A DNA stretch of 64,000 nt from Candidatus Multivoradales bacterium (GTDB taxonomy: Bacteria > Acidobacteriota > Thermoanaerobaculia > Multivoradales > Multivoraceae), in the NCBI GenBank assembly GCA_965223325.1, contig CBDCWI010000001.1:1760001-1824000 (forward strand). Direction: 5' to 3'. Made by a program: the position numbers and the translations under genes. Position 1 is the first letter of the stretch; each line of letters starts with the position of its first letter. The notes under the pieces are model-generated. The model had not been told where the DNA came from. It worked only from the letters and a program-made list of their open reading frames with translations, and did not search any database. Positions 29,596 through 38,107 of this stretch are shown one piece after another.

Positions 29596-30585
29596 CTACG
29601 GTGGCGGCAACCCCTCGGGAGCGGGCATGTAGAGACCTGTCGGGATGAACGCATGCTCGGGAAACTCATCAAGGGCTTCCCTGATGCCCTTTCGCAGTCG
29701 AGCCGATGCAAGGCGGTAACGGTCGATCCACAGGTCGCGCATGTCGACGTAGTGCTGCCACATCTCAAACGTCGCAGCGTGGACCTTCGGGCGCTCACTC
29801 TTCTTCGAGTGCTCCGGCTGGTAGGCGAACTGACTCTTGTCGGTCAGGCGCTTCTTGTAGTCGCGCGGGACGCAGGCACGCGCCCCGGCGTGTTCCACGA
29901 GGAGCTCGTTGCACAGTTCCCGGGAGCGTCGTGTGATCTCGGCAGGATCAAGGCCGTCCCAGCAGGGCAGCGGTGAAAGCTCGAGGGTGAGCCGGTCTTC
30001 GAACTGCTTGGGGTCGAAGCGCTTCTTCCGACGAACCCGCTGGCGCCTCTCGAGCCTTTGTCTGGTTCGGGTCACGTCGTACATCTCACTGCGCCTCACC
30101 CACACCCCGGTGTGCTTCATGCTGCCGGAGAGAAGCGCTTTGGCAGAGTGAACGCCGGGCCACTTCGAGGGGTGAGGAACCAGACCCTCCTTCAAGCCCT
30201 GCGACATGAGGTAGCGCAGGCGGGCGATCTGGGCCTCTGGTTCATGGGTCACGATCGTGATCTCGGGACGACCAGCGAAGATACCTCCAGTCCACTTGCG
30301 GATGGGTCGAAAGAAGCGTTGCACCTCTTTGGCGATCTGGGAGTCGGCCAGGCAGAGGAAGTCACGGATCTGCTCAGCCGACTCAGCACGGACTAGGAGA
30401 TGGACGTGATTCGTCATGAACACGACGAAGCACAGGCCGAGGCCGAACTTCGCCTGGGCGTAGGCGAGGACTCCGATGAGGAGTTCGTTTAGCCTCTTGG
30501 AGGGGATAAAGAAGAACCTGCTCTGGAAGGTCTTCAGGGTCACTTCGTACAAGTTGTCGGGCGGAAGCCACCGGGGGCTTCTCAT
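29596..30585 (-). CDS. RAYT-like / IS200-family Y1 HUH transposase
   Basis: ATG 30585; LYEVTLKTFQSRFFF, FVVFMTNHVHLLV (HUH), RLRYLMSQGLKEGLVPHPSKWPG (catalytic Tyr region); long C-terminal extension. Confidence 0.82.
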   Translation of the reverse strand: MRSPRWLPPDNLYEVTLKTFQSRFFFIPSKRLNELLIGVLAYAQAKFGLGLCFVVFMTNHVHLLVRAESAEQIRDFLCLADSQIAKEVQRFFRPIRKWTGGIFAGRPEITIVTHEPEAQIARLRYLMSQGLKEGLVPHPSKWPGVHSAKALLSGSMKHTGVWVRRSEMYDVTRTRQRLERRQRVRRKKRFDPKQFEDRLTLELSPLPCWDGLDPAEITRRSRELCNELLVEHAGARACVPRDYKKRLTDKSQFAYQPEHSKKSERPKVHAATFEMWQHYVDMRDLWIDRYRLASARLRKGIREALDEFPEHAFIPTGLYMPAPEGLPPP

Positions 30586-30711
30586 ACCCCTATGAGACGC
30601 AAGCCGGCCGCGAACCCTGACTGCGCAGCAGCCGTCGTCACCGAGGTAGGAACCGCCGTCTTCTAAGACGCAGAAGCCCGCGAGTTCCTTACAGACTGCC
30701 AATGCCGCTTC

Positions 30712-30736
30712 GCGCTGCCCGAACTACCCGGTACCC
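30712..30736 (-). repeat. REP-like GTAG motif, copy 3
   Basis: Reverse complement GGGTACCGGGTAGTTCGGGCAGCGC; inverted relative to 29331, on the other side of the RAYT-like gene. Confidence 0.7.
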
Positions 30737-30748
30737 GTGCTCCACACA

Positions 30749-31210
30749 CTCGAGCTGCGAAGCCGTCGTATGCCGCGCCAGCTCCACCAGATCACGCTCC
30801 GTTTCAGGCGCCGCAACCCGCGTGATCGCTCGCACCTTTGAGAACGAAACCTCACCCCGCTCCATCGCCCGCACCAAAAGCGGAAGCTCAGCCAGACGCC
30901 GCGCCACCCGTACCTTCTCGCGCGCCGCCCCCATGCCAAGCCCAATGCGCCAATTCAGCCAATGCGCACAAGACCGCCAACCCGCCCAACCCGAGCGCGC
31001 GTCAAACTCCGCAATCATCACCAGCAATCGATACGTGGCCGCAGTGATATTCGCCGACAAAGTCACAATCTGATTGCCGAGGTCCTCGAGGTCGTTCTCA
31101 ACCCGCATTCCCAGCGGCCTTTCGAGCGGTGCCGGAGAGGTGCGTACGGGCGGCTTCGAGGCAATCGGCGGAGAGGTAATGGTCTTCTCGAGGAGTTGAG
31201 TCGAGGACAT
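30749..31210 (-). pseudogene. Truncated second DUF222 gene (no HNH domain)
   Basis: Near-identical to 17673-18134; similarity ends about 12 bp from the REP-like motif. Confidence 0.88.
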
Positions 31211-31356
31211 GGCGGCGCTCCGTTTCTACGTTCGATTTACGCCTTCGAAGGTACCACGGTAGGGCCGCAGAGTCCAGCAAAATCAGCTGTTTGCAGCGTT
31301 CTTCCAGCCCATTGCGCCCAATCAATTCACCGGGAGCAATTGCTTAGTGGAAAATG

Positions 31357-31385
31357 TTGAATTAGAGGAATTCGAGGTTTATAAT
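31357..31385 (+). promoter_or_regulatory. Sigma70-type promoter
   Basis: TTGAAT-N17-TATAAT in an AT-rich patch upstream of 31469. Confidence 0.65.
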
Positions 31386-31468
31386 AGCCGCCCACGGCTC
31401 CTGTCCCTCATCCAGGCCCTCCTCCTCGCGAGCCCTCCCCACACCACCTGTCAGGTCGTCCCGCCGCG

Positions 31469-32131
31469 ATGCCTTCCCTCGCCGACACGCTCCTTGAGCG
31501 CAGCCTCAACGATGCCTCTCTATCCGAGCGCGAGCGCGACTTGATCCTGGCGGCGTGGGTTGACGAGCTCGACTCGATGATCGAGTCGCCAGCCGGCTCC
31601 TTCGCGCGCCCCGCGCCAGCCGCGGAACTCGAAGAAGAGAGAGCCAGCCCAGTTGAGGCCTTTCTTCAATCGATTGAGGTTGCGGGGTTTCGAGGCATTG
31701 GCGAACGCTCACGACTCGATCTCGAGCCTGGCCCGGGCCTCACCCTGGTTGTCGGCCGCAACGGTTCCGGCAAGTCCAGCTTCGCCGAGGCGCTCGAACT
31801 CTTGATGACCGGCACGAACCACCGTTGGAGCAATAGCCGCTCGAAGATCTGGCGCGACGGTTGGCGCAACCTCCACTTTGCTGGCTCCCCCTGGATCGAA
31901 GCAAAGCTCACCGTGACCGGCCAGGAGGGGCCAACGGTGATTCGCCATCAGTGGGGAGAGGATCCAGTTCTCGAAGACGCGGAGACGCGGGTTCACTCGC
32001 CCATCGCCGTTAGAGTGGACGAACCGGCATGCGCATTCGACGCGTTGGCGGTCGGCGCCATCGACGATTCGGGACTCGTAGCAAACAGTGAGCTGACGAT
32101 CTACTCAGGAGATGCCTGCGCTCCTGGATAG
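31469..32131 (+). pseudogene. SMC/RecN-like (AAA_23) ATPase N-terminus fused to an internal subtilase fragment
   Basis: FLQSIEVAGFRGI, Walker A GRNGSGKSS; from ~32009 the sequence switches to RVDEPACAFDALAVGAIDD..., matching 34128-34235. Confidence 0.8.
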
Positions 32132-32316
32132 AAGGACGTCAGTGTTGCGTCTTCGGGACGGCGATCACGAGATCGCGGCGCGAGCTATGGCGCAGTCAAC
32201 CGCGCAGCGGGTTGGGCGGTGGTTTGAGGCGTGGTCGAGCCGCGTTGAGGAGGTGTTTGGAGCGGATCTGCTTGCGCATGTTCAGTAGGGCCGCGGACTT
32301 GGCTCCGGGGTCCCGA

Positions 32317-32375
32317 CTCGTGAATCTCGGCATGCGCGTGAATCTCACATGGCTGTGAAAACATAGGTGCCTGGA
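32317..32375 (+). repeat. Left arm of a ~58-bp inverted repeat
   Basis: CTCGTGAATCTCGGCATGCGCGTGAATCTCACATGGCTGTGAAAACATAGGTGCCTGGA; reverse complement at 35525-35581. Confidence 0.8.
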
Positions 32376-32399
32376 GCGCCTCCGAGCGAAGCCTCGGAG

Positions 32400-32633
32400 G
32401 GCGACCTCTGGTTTCGCCTCTCACAGCCCAGAGAAGACGTCCGGCGACTCGACTTCGAAGACGCCGGCCTACCCTTCAACACCATAAACCAGCCCGGCCC
32501 CGACCTCGGCCTCGACGCCCTCACCCACCGCGAAGGCGGCCTCGGCCTATGGCTAGTACGCCACCTCTCAGCCAGCATGCGCTACCGCCGCCCCCTGGAC
32601 CGCCTGCTCTCGATCGCCGTCCGCAACAGCTGA
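32400..32633 (+). pseudogene. Duplicated 3' fragment of the HATPase_c domain of 13755-15389
   Basis: GDLWFRLSQP...FEDAG.PFN..NQPGPDLGLDALTHREGGLGLWLVRHLSA; matches 15153-15390. Confidence 0.85.
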
Positions 32634-32746
32634 ATTGAAGACATGCAGTTACAGCTGCGGACAGCCGAACTAGACTCTGGTAAGCCAGCCCGGAAGGCAG
32701 ATCGCCTGCCGGTCTAGTACGAGTGTCTGGGTGAGGATGCGGCATC

Positions 32747-32775
32747 TTGACATCGGTCCCGCCCTCGGCAATAGT
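32747..32775 (+). promoter_or_regulatory. Possible sigma70 promoter for the subtilase
   Basis: TTGACA-N17-AATAGT, 76 bp upstream of ATG 32852. Confidence 0.4.
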
Positions 32776-32851
32776 CACAAGACCCCGCGCAGCTACAACG
32801 TTACGATTCTCCTCTGGTCGAGCGGGTCCCGCATACGACAAGGAGATTAGA

Positions 32852-34519
32852 ATGGTACCGCGAGCAGCCTCACCAGATGGCACCTCGAGAAGACGCCCTC
32901 GAGTTTCCGTGGCGACGGTGCCAAGGACACTCGCAAGCGCTATCGCCCTGTGCGCCTCTTTGGCCGGGGGGGGACTTTCCGCAGATGAATTGTTCCGGAT
33001 CGATCTCATCGCGAAGGACGTACCGGTCCAGGTGACGCAGGTCCGTGTCCTGGCGGATCTTTCCGCCCATGAGCAGTTTGCGGAAGTACACCGCAGTCCG
33101 CATGACGGCTCGATGTTGCTTCGGCTACCAGACAACTTGCGTAAGGAGTTGGAACAGCATCCCGACGTGTCTCGTATTGAGGAGGTGTCAGGCTCTCCGC
33201 TGACGCTCCTGGTCAACGCGAAGCCTCCAGAGACCTTGGTAGAAGCTGACCCACGCGATGTCCTGGGCCTGAGAATCGAGGCTGCCGGAGGTCGCGAGAC
33301 CTGGCGTGCAAAAGCCAGCTGGCAAGCGCACTACGAAGTACCTCTCGATCAACTGGATTTAGTAGCCGCCTCTCCTGAGATCGACACATACTTCTTTCAG
33401 GCGACATACCAGTCCCTCTCCCCACCTGTGTCGACTTCGACGGTGCTCTCTTCACCGCTCATGGCCCCCGCGTTAGATGTCAGTGTTCCGAGAGTGCTGG
33501 GGTGGTGGCCCCCGACGACCTTCTATGGAGATGGCCTCATCGCAGTCATTGATGTCGGAGTGGCTCGGGAGTCTCCAATGCCTTCTGGTCGGCATTCGCC
33601 CTACTACCATGGCTGCTTCGCTGCCGGAGGGGGGTCCTTCGGACACCTGCCGTCTTGTCCAGACGGCCCTGACCCTGGGTCTTCACCTGACCCCTTCTCT
33701 GTAACGAACCTCAACGACGGGCGGCCTTGCGACGTCAGTGGCGGCAACTGTGACTACCATGGAACCTACGTCGCAGCAGTAGCTGGGACAAAGAAAACAC
33801 CGGTCGGGGTCATCGCGCATGACCAGTTGAAGATTCTTCCTATCAACGTTTTTAGCCGGAAGGCATCGGGAAGCAGCGACGACAAGAAGGCCTTCAGGAG
33901 CGACATCCAGAAAGCGCTAGACCACGTAGCGGCTCTCGTGCTCTTTGGCGGTGTTGACGTTTACGCGGTTAACGTCAGCCTGGGCAGTGGTGTTACGGTT
34001 TCGGGCGGTGGTCATTGTCCAAACAACCAGGCCTTCGACCCGCCGCTCGCCGTCCTGAGGTGGGCAGGAGTCGCGGTCGCCGCTGCTGCCGGGAACGTCT
34101 TTTCGGCGGCGCCGAACTCGCCGGAGCTTAGAGTGGACGAACCGGCATGCGCATTCGACGCGTTGGCGGTCGGCGCCATCGACGATATGGGTCTCGTAGC
34201 AAACAGTGAGCTGACGATCTACTCAGGAGATGCCTCCTACTTCTCGACGCACTATGGGGAGGCCATCGATTTCTGGGCACCCGGCGTCGACATCAAGATC
34301 AGAAGAGCAACGGGCGACTCCACGCAAACTGGAACCTACGCGCGCCAGTGGGGGACTTCTTTCAGCGCACCTCACGTGGCAGCGGTTTGGGCACGGCTCC
34401 GGGCGCAATGCCCGCAGCTCAACTTCGATCAGCTGCTCAACAAGCTCAAAACACAGTGTCCGACGGTGTCGTTCGGTGGCATGACACGACCTGAAATCTG
34501 TCTTCCTCCGGGCTGCTGA
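32852..34519 (+). CDS. Secreted S8 subtilisin-like serine protease
   Basis: AGGAG RBS; triad IAVIDVG / YHGTYVA / GTSFSAPHVA, oxyanion AAAGN; N-terminal propeptide region. Confidence 0.9.
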   Translation: MVPRAASPDGTSRRRPRVSVATVPRTLASAIALCASLAGGGLSADELFRIDLIAKDVPVQVTQVRVLADLSAHEQFAEVHRSPHDGSMLLRLPDNLRKELEQHPDVSRIEEVSGSPLTLLVNAKPPETLVEADPRDVLGLRIEAAGGRETWRAKASWQAHYEVPLDQLDLVAASPEIDTYFFQATYQSLSPPVSTSTVLSSPLMAPALDVSVPRVLGWWPPTTFYGDGLIAVIDVGVARESPMPSGRHSPYYHGCFAAGGGSFGHLPSCPDGPDPGSSPDPFSVTNLNDGRPCDVSGGNCDYHGTYVAAVAGTKKTPVGVIAHDQLKILPINVFSRKASGSSDDKKAFRSDIQKALDHVAALVLFGGVDVYAVNVSLGSGVTVSGGGHCPNNQAFDPPLAVLRWAGVAVAAAAGNVFSAAPNSPELRVDEPACAFDALAVGAIDDMGLVANSELTIYSGDASYFSTHYGEAIDFWAPGVDIKIRRATGDSTQTGTYARQWGTSFSAPHVAAVWARLRAQCPQLNFDQLLNKLKTQCPTVSFGGMTRPEICLPPGC

Positions 34520-34521
34520 GC

Positions 34522-35478
34522 ATGGAAGGCTCTCGTCTGAAGCTCCTACGCTCCATGAAAGTGACTTCGTGGACCGTAGTGACCATGCTTGTCGCCGCCT
34601 TCCAGGGCGAAACTGTCGTGGCGGCCGTGGGCGCGGCCGGTGGCGAACGGCAGTCCATAGAGGCTTCGGACAGGTCATACGAGTTGGGCTACGCACCGCC
34701 CGAGGCCGACGACCGAGTCGAGTTCGCAGCCGCCCTCGAGGTCGCCGAAGAAGTCGAAGCCATCCACGCCTGTTTGTTGTACTCCTCCAACGGAAAACTG
34801 ATCACTCAAGTCGTCGCCAGCCTTTACGAAGGAGGAGACCTTCCCGGGAACGTCTTGGTTTCACGTGAGGCGACCGTCCAGTTGCAAACCGGCCTGAGCT
34901 GTTTCGAAGTGGAGATCGAACCCTCGCTCCCCGTCAGCGGCGAGATCTGGATTGGGCTCGAATACTCGATCGCACGATCGGAGAGCATCATAATCCCCCT
35001 CGACGTGGATGGAGCTGTTCCGTACAAGACGCTGATTCGAGTCGACGACGCGAGGAACAACTGGTACTGGGATGAGGTAAGCCGCGGCTATCCGCTCGGC
35101 GTGATCTACCGGGCCAGCGAATCGGCATGCATCAAATCTCCTGGAGTGGAGTGCCTTCGCGATGGCCGCTTCGAGGTGAAGGTCAGCTGGAGCGACGGCG
35201 AGGGCCTTCAACCCGCCGGACTTCTTCCGTTCACGGACCAGAGCCTCCTCGGCTACTTCGCCAGCTCAGAGAACATCGAGCTGATCGTCAAAGTGCTCGA
35301 CGGCTGCTCGATCAACGGGCACTTCTGGTTGTTCGCCGGTGGTGCTACGGATCGAGAGGTCAGTATCGAGCTACGGGACACGGTCAGCGGCTCGACCTCG
35401 AACTACACAACGAGTGTCGGTGAACCCTTTGTGGCGATACGTGATGTGCGTGCCCTCGCGGTTTGCCCGCCGCCTTGA
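34522..35478 (+). CDS. Secreted protein with a C-terminal Cys-containing 'VKVLDGC' domain
   Basis: Signal-like N-terminus; CLRDGRFEVKVSW...FASSENIELIVKVLDGCSINGHFWLFAGGATD; starts 2 bp after the S8 stop. Confidence 0.75.
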   Translation: MEGSRLKLLRSMKVTSWTVVTMLVAAFQGETVVAAVGAAGGERQSIEASDRSYELGYAPPEADDRVEFAAALEVAEEVEAIHACLLYSSNGKLITQVVASLYEGGDLPGNVLVSREATVQLQTGLSCFEVEIEPSLPVSGEIWIGLEYSIARSESIIIPLDVDGAVPYKTLIRVDDARNNWYWDEVSRGYPLGVIYRASESACIKSPGVECLRDGRFEVKVSWSDGEGLQPAGLLPFTDQSLLGYFASSENIELIVKVLDGCSINGHFWLFAGGATDREVSIELRDTVSGSTSNYTTSVGEPFVAIRDVRALAVCPPP

Positions 35479-35524
35479 CTGGCCGCGCGGCGATACCGCG
35501 CGCAGTCGGGGGCCTCGCCGAGGT

Positions 35525-35581
35525 TCCAGGCACCTATGTTCACAGCCATGCGAGGTTCACGCGCCTGCCGAGATTCACGAG
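35525..35581 (-). repeat. Right arm of the ~58-bp inverted repeat
   Basis: Reverse complement of 32317-32375 with three substitutions and a 2-bp indel. Confidence 0.8.
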
Positions 35582-35824
35582 CGTCAGCGGCCATCACACG
35601 CTCTCCGAGCGCGAAGAATCTTGAGGGCGCATTTAGCGTCCGTGGCTGTTCCGTGACCCCGTTGGTCGGTTTTTCAGTGACACAAGTTAACCTGGGAGGC
35701 GCCTCAGGCAGCTGGGGTTTTGACCCATCCTCCGGCTTTGGGCTCAGTTGCTACGCCCTTGGAGGCTTTTCAAGAATGCTCGCCGGTGGTGAGACTTGCT
35801 GTTGATAGTAGAGGAGATACCTCC

Positions 35825-36355
35825 GTGGACTTGTGCGAGCCGACTGCCTTGTCTCCCGTAGCGATGCGGTCGCCGTTCTTGTGGGGGTTCGCTCGCTTGA
35901 GTTTCGCGCTGGCAGCGCTTGCCGCCCTTGTTGGGTCGTTCAACCTAGTTTTTCTGCTCGTCTTCTTTGATCCTGAATCCTCGGTGGTGCCGGCAGGGGA
36001 CTTGAGCGGGGCCCAAGCTTTCCTAATATCGCACATCAGGGTCTTCGGCGTGGGGTTCTGGGCATACTCCTTGTTGGCTCTCGGGGCATCGGTTGCGCTC
36101 CTCCGGTTTCGACGGTGGGGGCTCTACCTCTGGATCTTCTTGGTGGCGGTCGGAATCGCTTGGTGTGTAGGGGTCGTTCTACTGGAACTTGCTCCGACCC
36201 TTGGAGGTGCTTCGGCCAATGCGGTTGGCTCGATAGGGGGCCGCGTCTATGTCGCATCGCTGGGAACCGCCTGCGTGATGTTCCTGTCCTGGCTGCTCAA
36301 GCGCCTTCTTTCTCAGGAAGTGAGATCCGCTCTCGGGAAGGGCGATGGTAAGTGA
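35825..36355 (+). CDS. Hypothetical membrane protein (about 4 TM helices)
   Basis: GAGGAG before GTG 35825; four hydrophobic stretches. Confidence 0.6.
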   Translation: MDLCEPTALSPVAMRSPFLWGFARLSFALAALAALVGSFNLVFLLVFFDPESSVVPAGDLSGAQAFLISHIRVFGVGFWAYSLLALGASVALLRFRRWGLYLWIFLVAVGIAWCVGVVLLELAPTLGGASANAVGSIGGRVYVASLGTACVMFLSWLLKRLLSQEVRSALGKGDGK

Positions 36356-36540
36356 TCGCCGTTGCCCGTCTGACATTTGAAGCGGGCCCCCACTGAGCAA
36401 TTGCCGGCGAAGTCAGTCGAGCTCGTCTTGGCGTTGAGCGGTTAGAGGTCGCCGGGGAGGGTAACGGTTCCCGGTACGTCGATGGCCCTCTCGGCCGCGA
36501 CTCTCAGGTATTCGTGCTCAGCGACGCCCTGGAAAACTGC

Positions 36541-36564
36541 GTGTACCGGGTAGTTCGGGCAGCG
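36541..36564 (+). repeat. REP-like GTAG motif, copy 4 (right island border)
   Basis: GTGTACCGGGTAGTTCGGGCAGCG, 17 bp from the stop codon of the FHA gene. Confidence 0.7.
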
Positions 36565-36581
36565 ACAAACCACGGCTATGG

Positions 36582-37916
36582 CTACCCCGTTTCGAACACG
36601 AACCGTCGCGAACCAATCTGGACACGGTCGCCCGGCTGCAAAAGCACTTCGGTAACGGCATCTCCGTTGACGTAGCTTCCGTTCTCGGACCCTAAGTCTT
36701 CGAAGCGGTAACCCGACTCGGTCAGCGAAATCTGCGCGTGCCGACGGGAGACTTCGGGCAGGTTGATCTGCAACTGGTTGTCGGGAGTGCGGCCAATCGA
36801 GGTCACGAGACCGAGGACGAAGGGCTCGCTCTCGCCACCTTCGGGATCTTCGGGAGCCAGGCGGGCTGGAGGCGGCAAAATGACGGTGCCGCCATCGGCC
36901 GAGCCGGTGACCGGCCCGGTCGCATCAACCGAGGGGGTTGGCGATGGACCATCGGTAGCTTCGGGAACGAAGCCTGACCGACCTGCGACCGACGGGGGCG
37001 GCGGCGGCAGCTCAACGAGCTCGGTGGCTTCAGAGAGCACTGGGTCGACATCGGTGGTGTCGCCGCTCTTTGTGGCAGTGGCAGGTACAGGTGGAACCGG
37101 CGGAGTCTGTGAAGTGCCAGCGGCAGACGGTGTGCCGGCAACCGGGGCGGCTGCCGTGGCACCGGTTACGTCGACCGGCGCGTCGAGCTCGAGATCGGCT
37201 TCCGACTCGAAGGCCTCTAGAAAGCGGGCACGCACCTTTTCGACCGCCTCGAGACTCTTGGCCTTCTTGACCAACTCGGCCGCCAGGCCTTTCGAGCGTT
37301 CTTTGAAGTCGGCTTCCTCGAACTCACCGAGGCGGTGACGCAACTCGAGCTCTTCCATGTCCTTCTTGGCGCCCTCAACGATGGTCTCGGCATCAGCGAG
37401 GAGCTTTCGCACCTGGGCGTACTCTTCGCGCGCCTGCGCCTCGAGCGGCCGGGCCTTCTGATCGAGTTCCTGGCGCTGCGCGAGATAGTCGTTGCGCACT
37501 CGCTGCAGAACGTCCGGGCTGACCGAGCCCGACTCTCTCTCGAGCTTCTCGAGCCGCCCGTCGACGACCAGGCGATCAGCGCGCAAGCTGCAGAGCGCGT
37601 CGACGAGGCCGAGATCGATATTCGCCAGAGGCCCGCTGGCGCGGGTACCCGGCTTGACCTGGGCCGCGCCTTCTTCGCCATTCGCCTTGGTTTGAGGGGG
37701 CTTCGGGGCCGACTTCTGCGCGGATGTGGCAGGTTTCGCCGCTTTGGGCGCCGACTTCGTAGCAGCCGCCTTCTTGGAGCGCGAGACCTTGCGCTCAGCC
37801 GTCTTCGGCTGGGCAGCCGCTTTCGAGTCTGCCGCTTTGGGCTTTCCTTCCGTGGGGCCGGGCTTTTTCGCCGTCGCTTCTCCCTTGGCGGCCGGCTTCT
37901 TCTCGGCTGTCGACAT
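36582..37916 (-). CDS. Coiled-coil + FHA domain protein with a Lys/Ala-rich N-terminus
   Basis: SIGRTPDN, VSRRHA, DLGSENGSYVNG, LQPGDRVQIG. Confidence 0.85.
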   Translation of the reverse strand: MSTAEKKPAAKGEATAKKPGPTEGKPKAADSKAAAQPKTAERKVSRSKKAAATKSAPKAAKPATSAQKSAPKPPQTKANGEEGAAQVKPGTRASGPLANIDLGLVDALCSLRADRLVVDGRLEKLERESGSVSPDVLQRVRNDYLAQRQELDQKARPLEAQAREEYAQVRKLLADAETIVEGAKKDMEELELRHRLGEFEEADFKERSKGLAAELVKKAKSLEAVEKVRARFLEAFESEADLELDAPVDVTGATAAAPVAGTPSAAGTSQTPPVPPVPATATKSGDTTDVDPVLSEATELVELPPPPPSVAGRSGFVPEATDGPSPTPSVDATGPVTGSADGGTVILPPPARLAPEDPEGGESEPFVLGLVTSIGRTPDNQLQINLPEVSRRHAQISLTESGYRFEDLGSENGSYVNGDAVTEVLLQPGDRVQIGSRRFVFETG

Positions 37917-38107
37917 CACGAACTCCCCCACGCGGGTCGGTTGATCCTAAGGCCCCTCGACGATCATCAGAGGCAAGCAGACATCATACCGCAGCACCCC
38001 CTCAACCAGCGCTCTAACCCCTCTAAGTTCAGGTGTTTCGGCGCGCCCGGTGTTATCCTCGGCCGACGAAACGAGCCACTCACCGGCTGCCGTCGCTGGA
38101 AGCCCCC

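Noticed and set aside
36400-36540. Possible minus-strand gene remnant next to the border motif
   Set aside because: Contains an in-frame stop and no recognisable motif; cannot be assigned.
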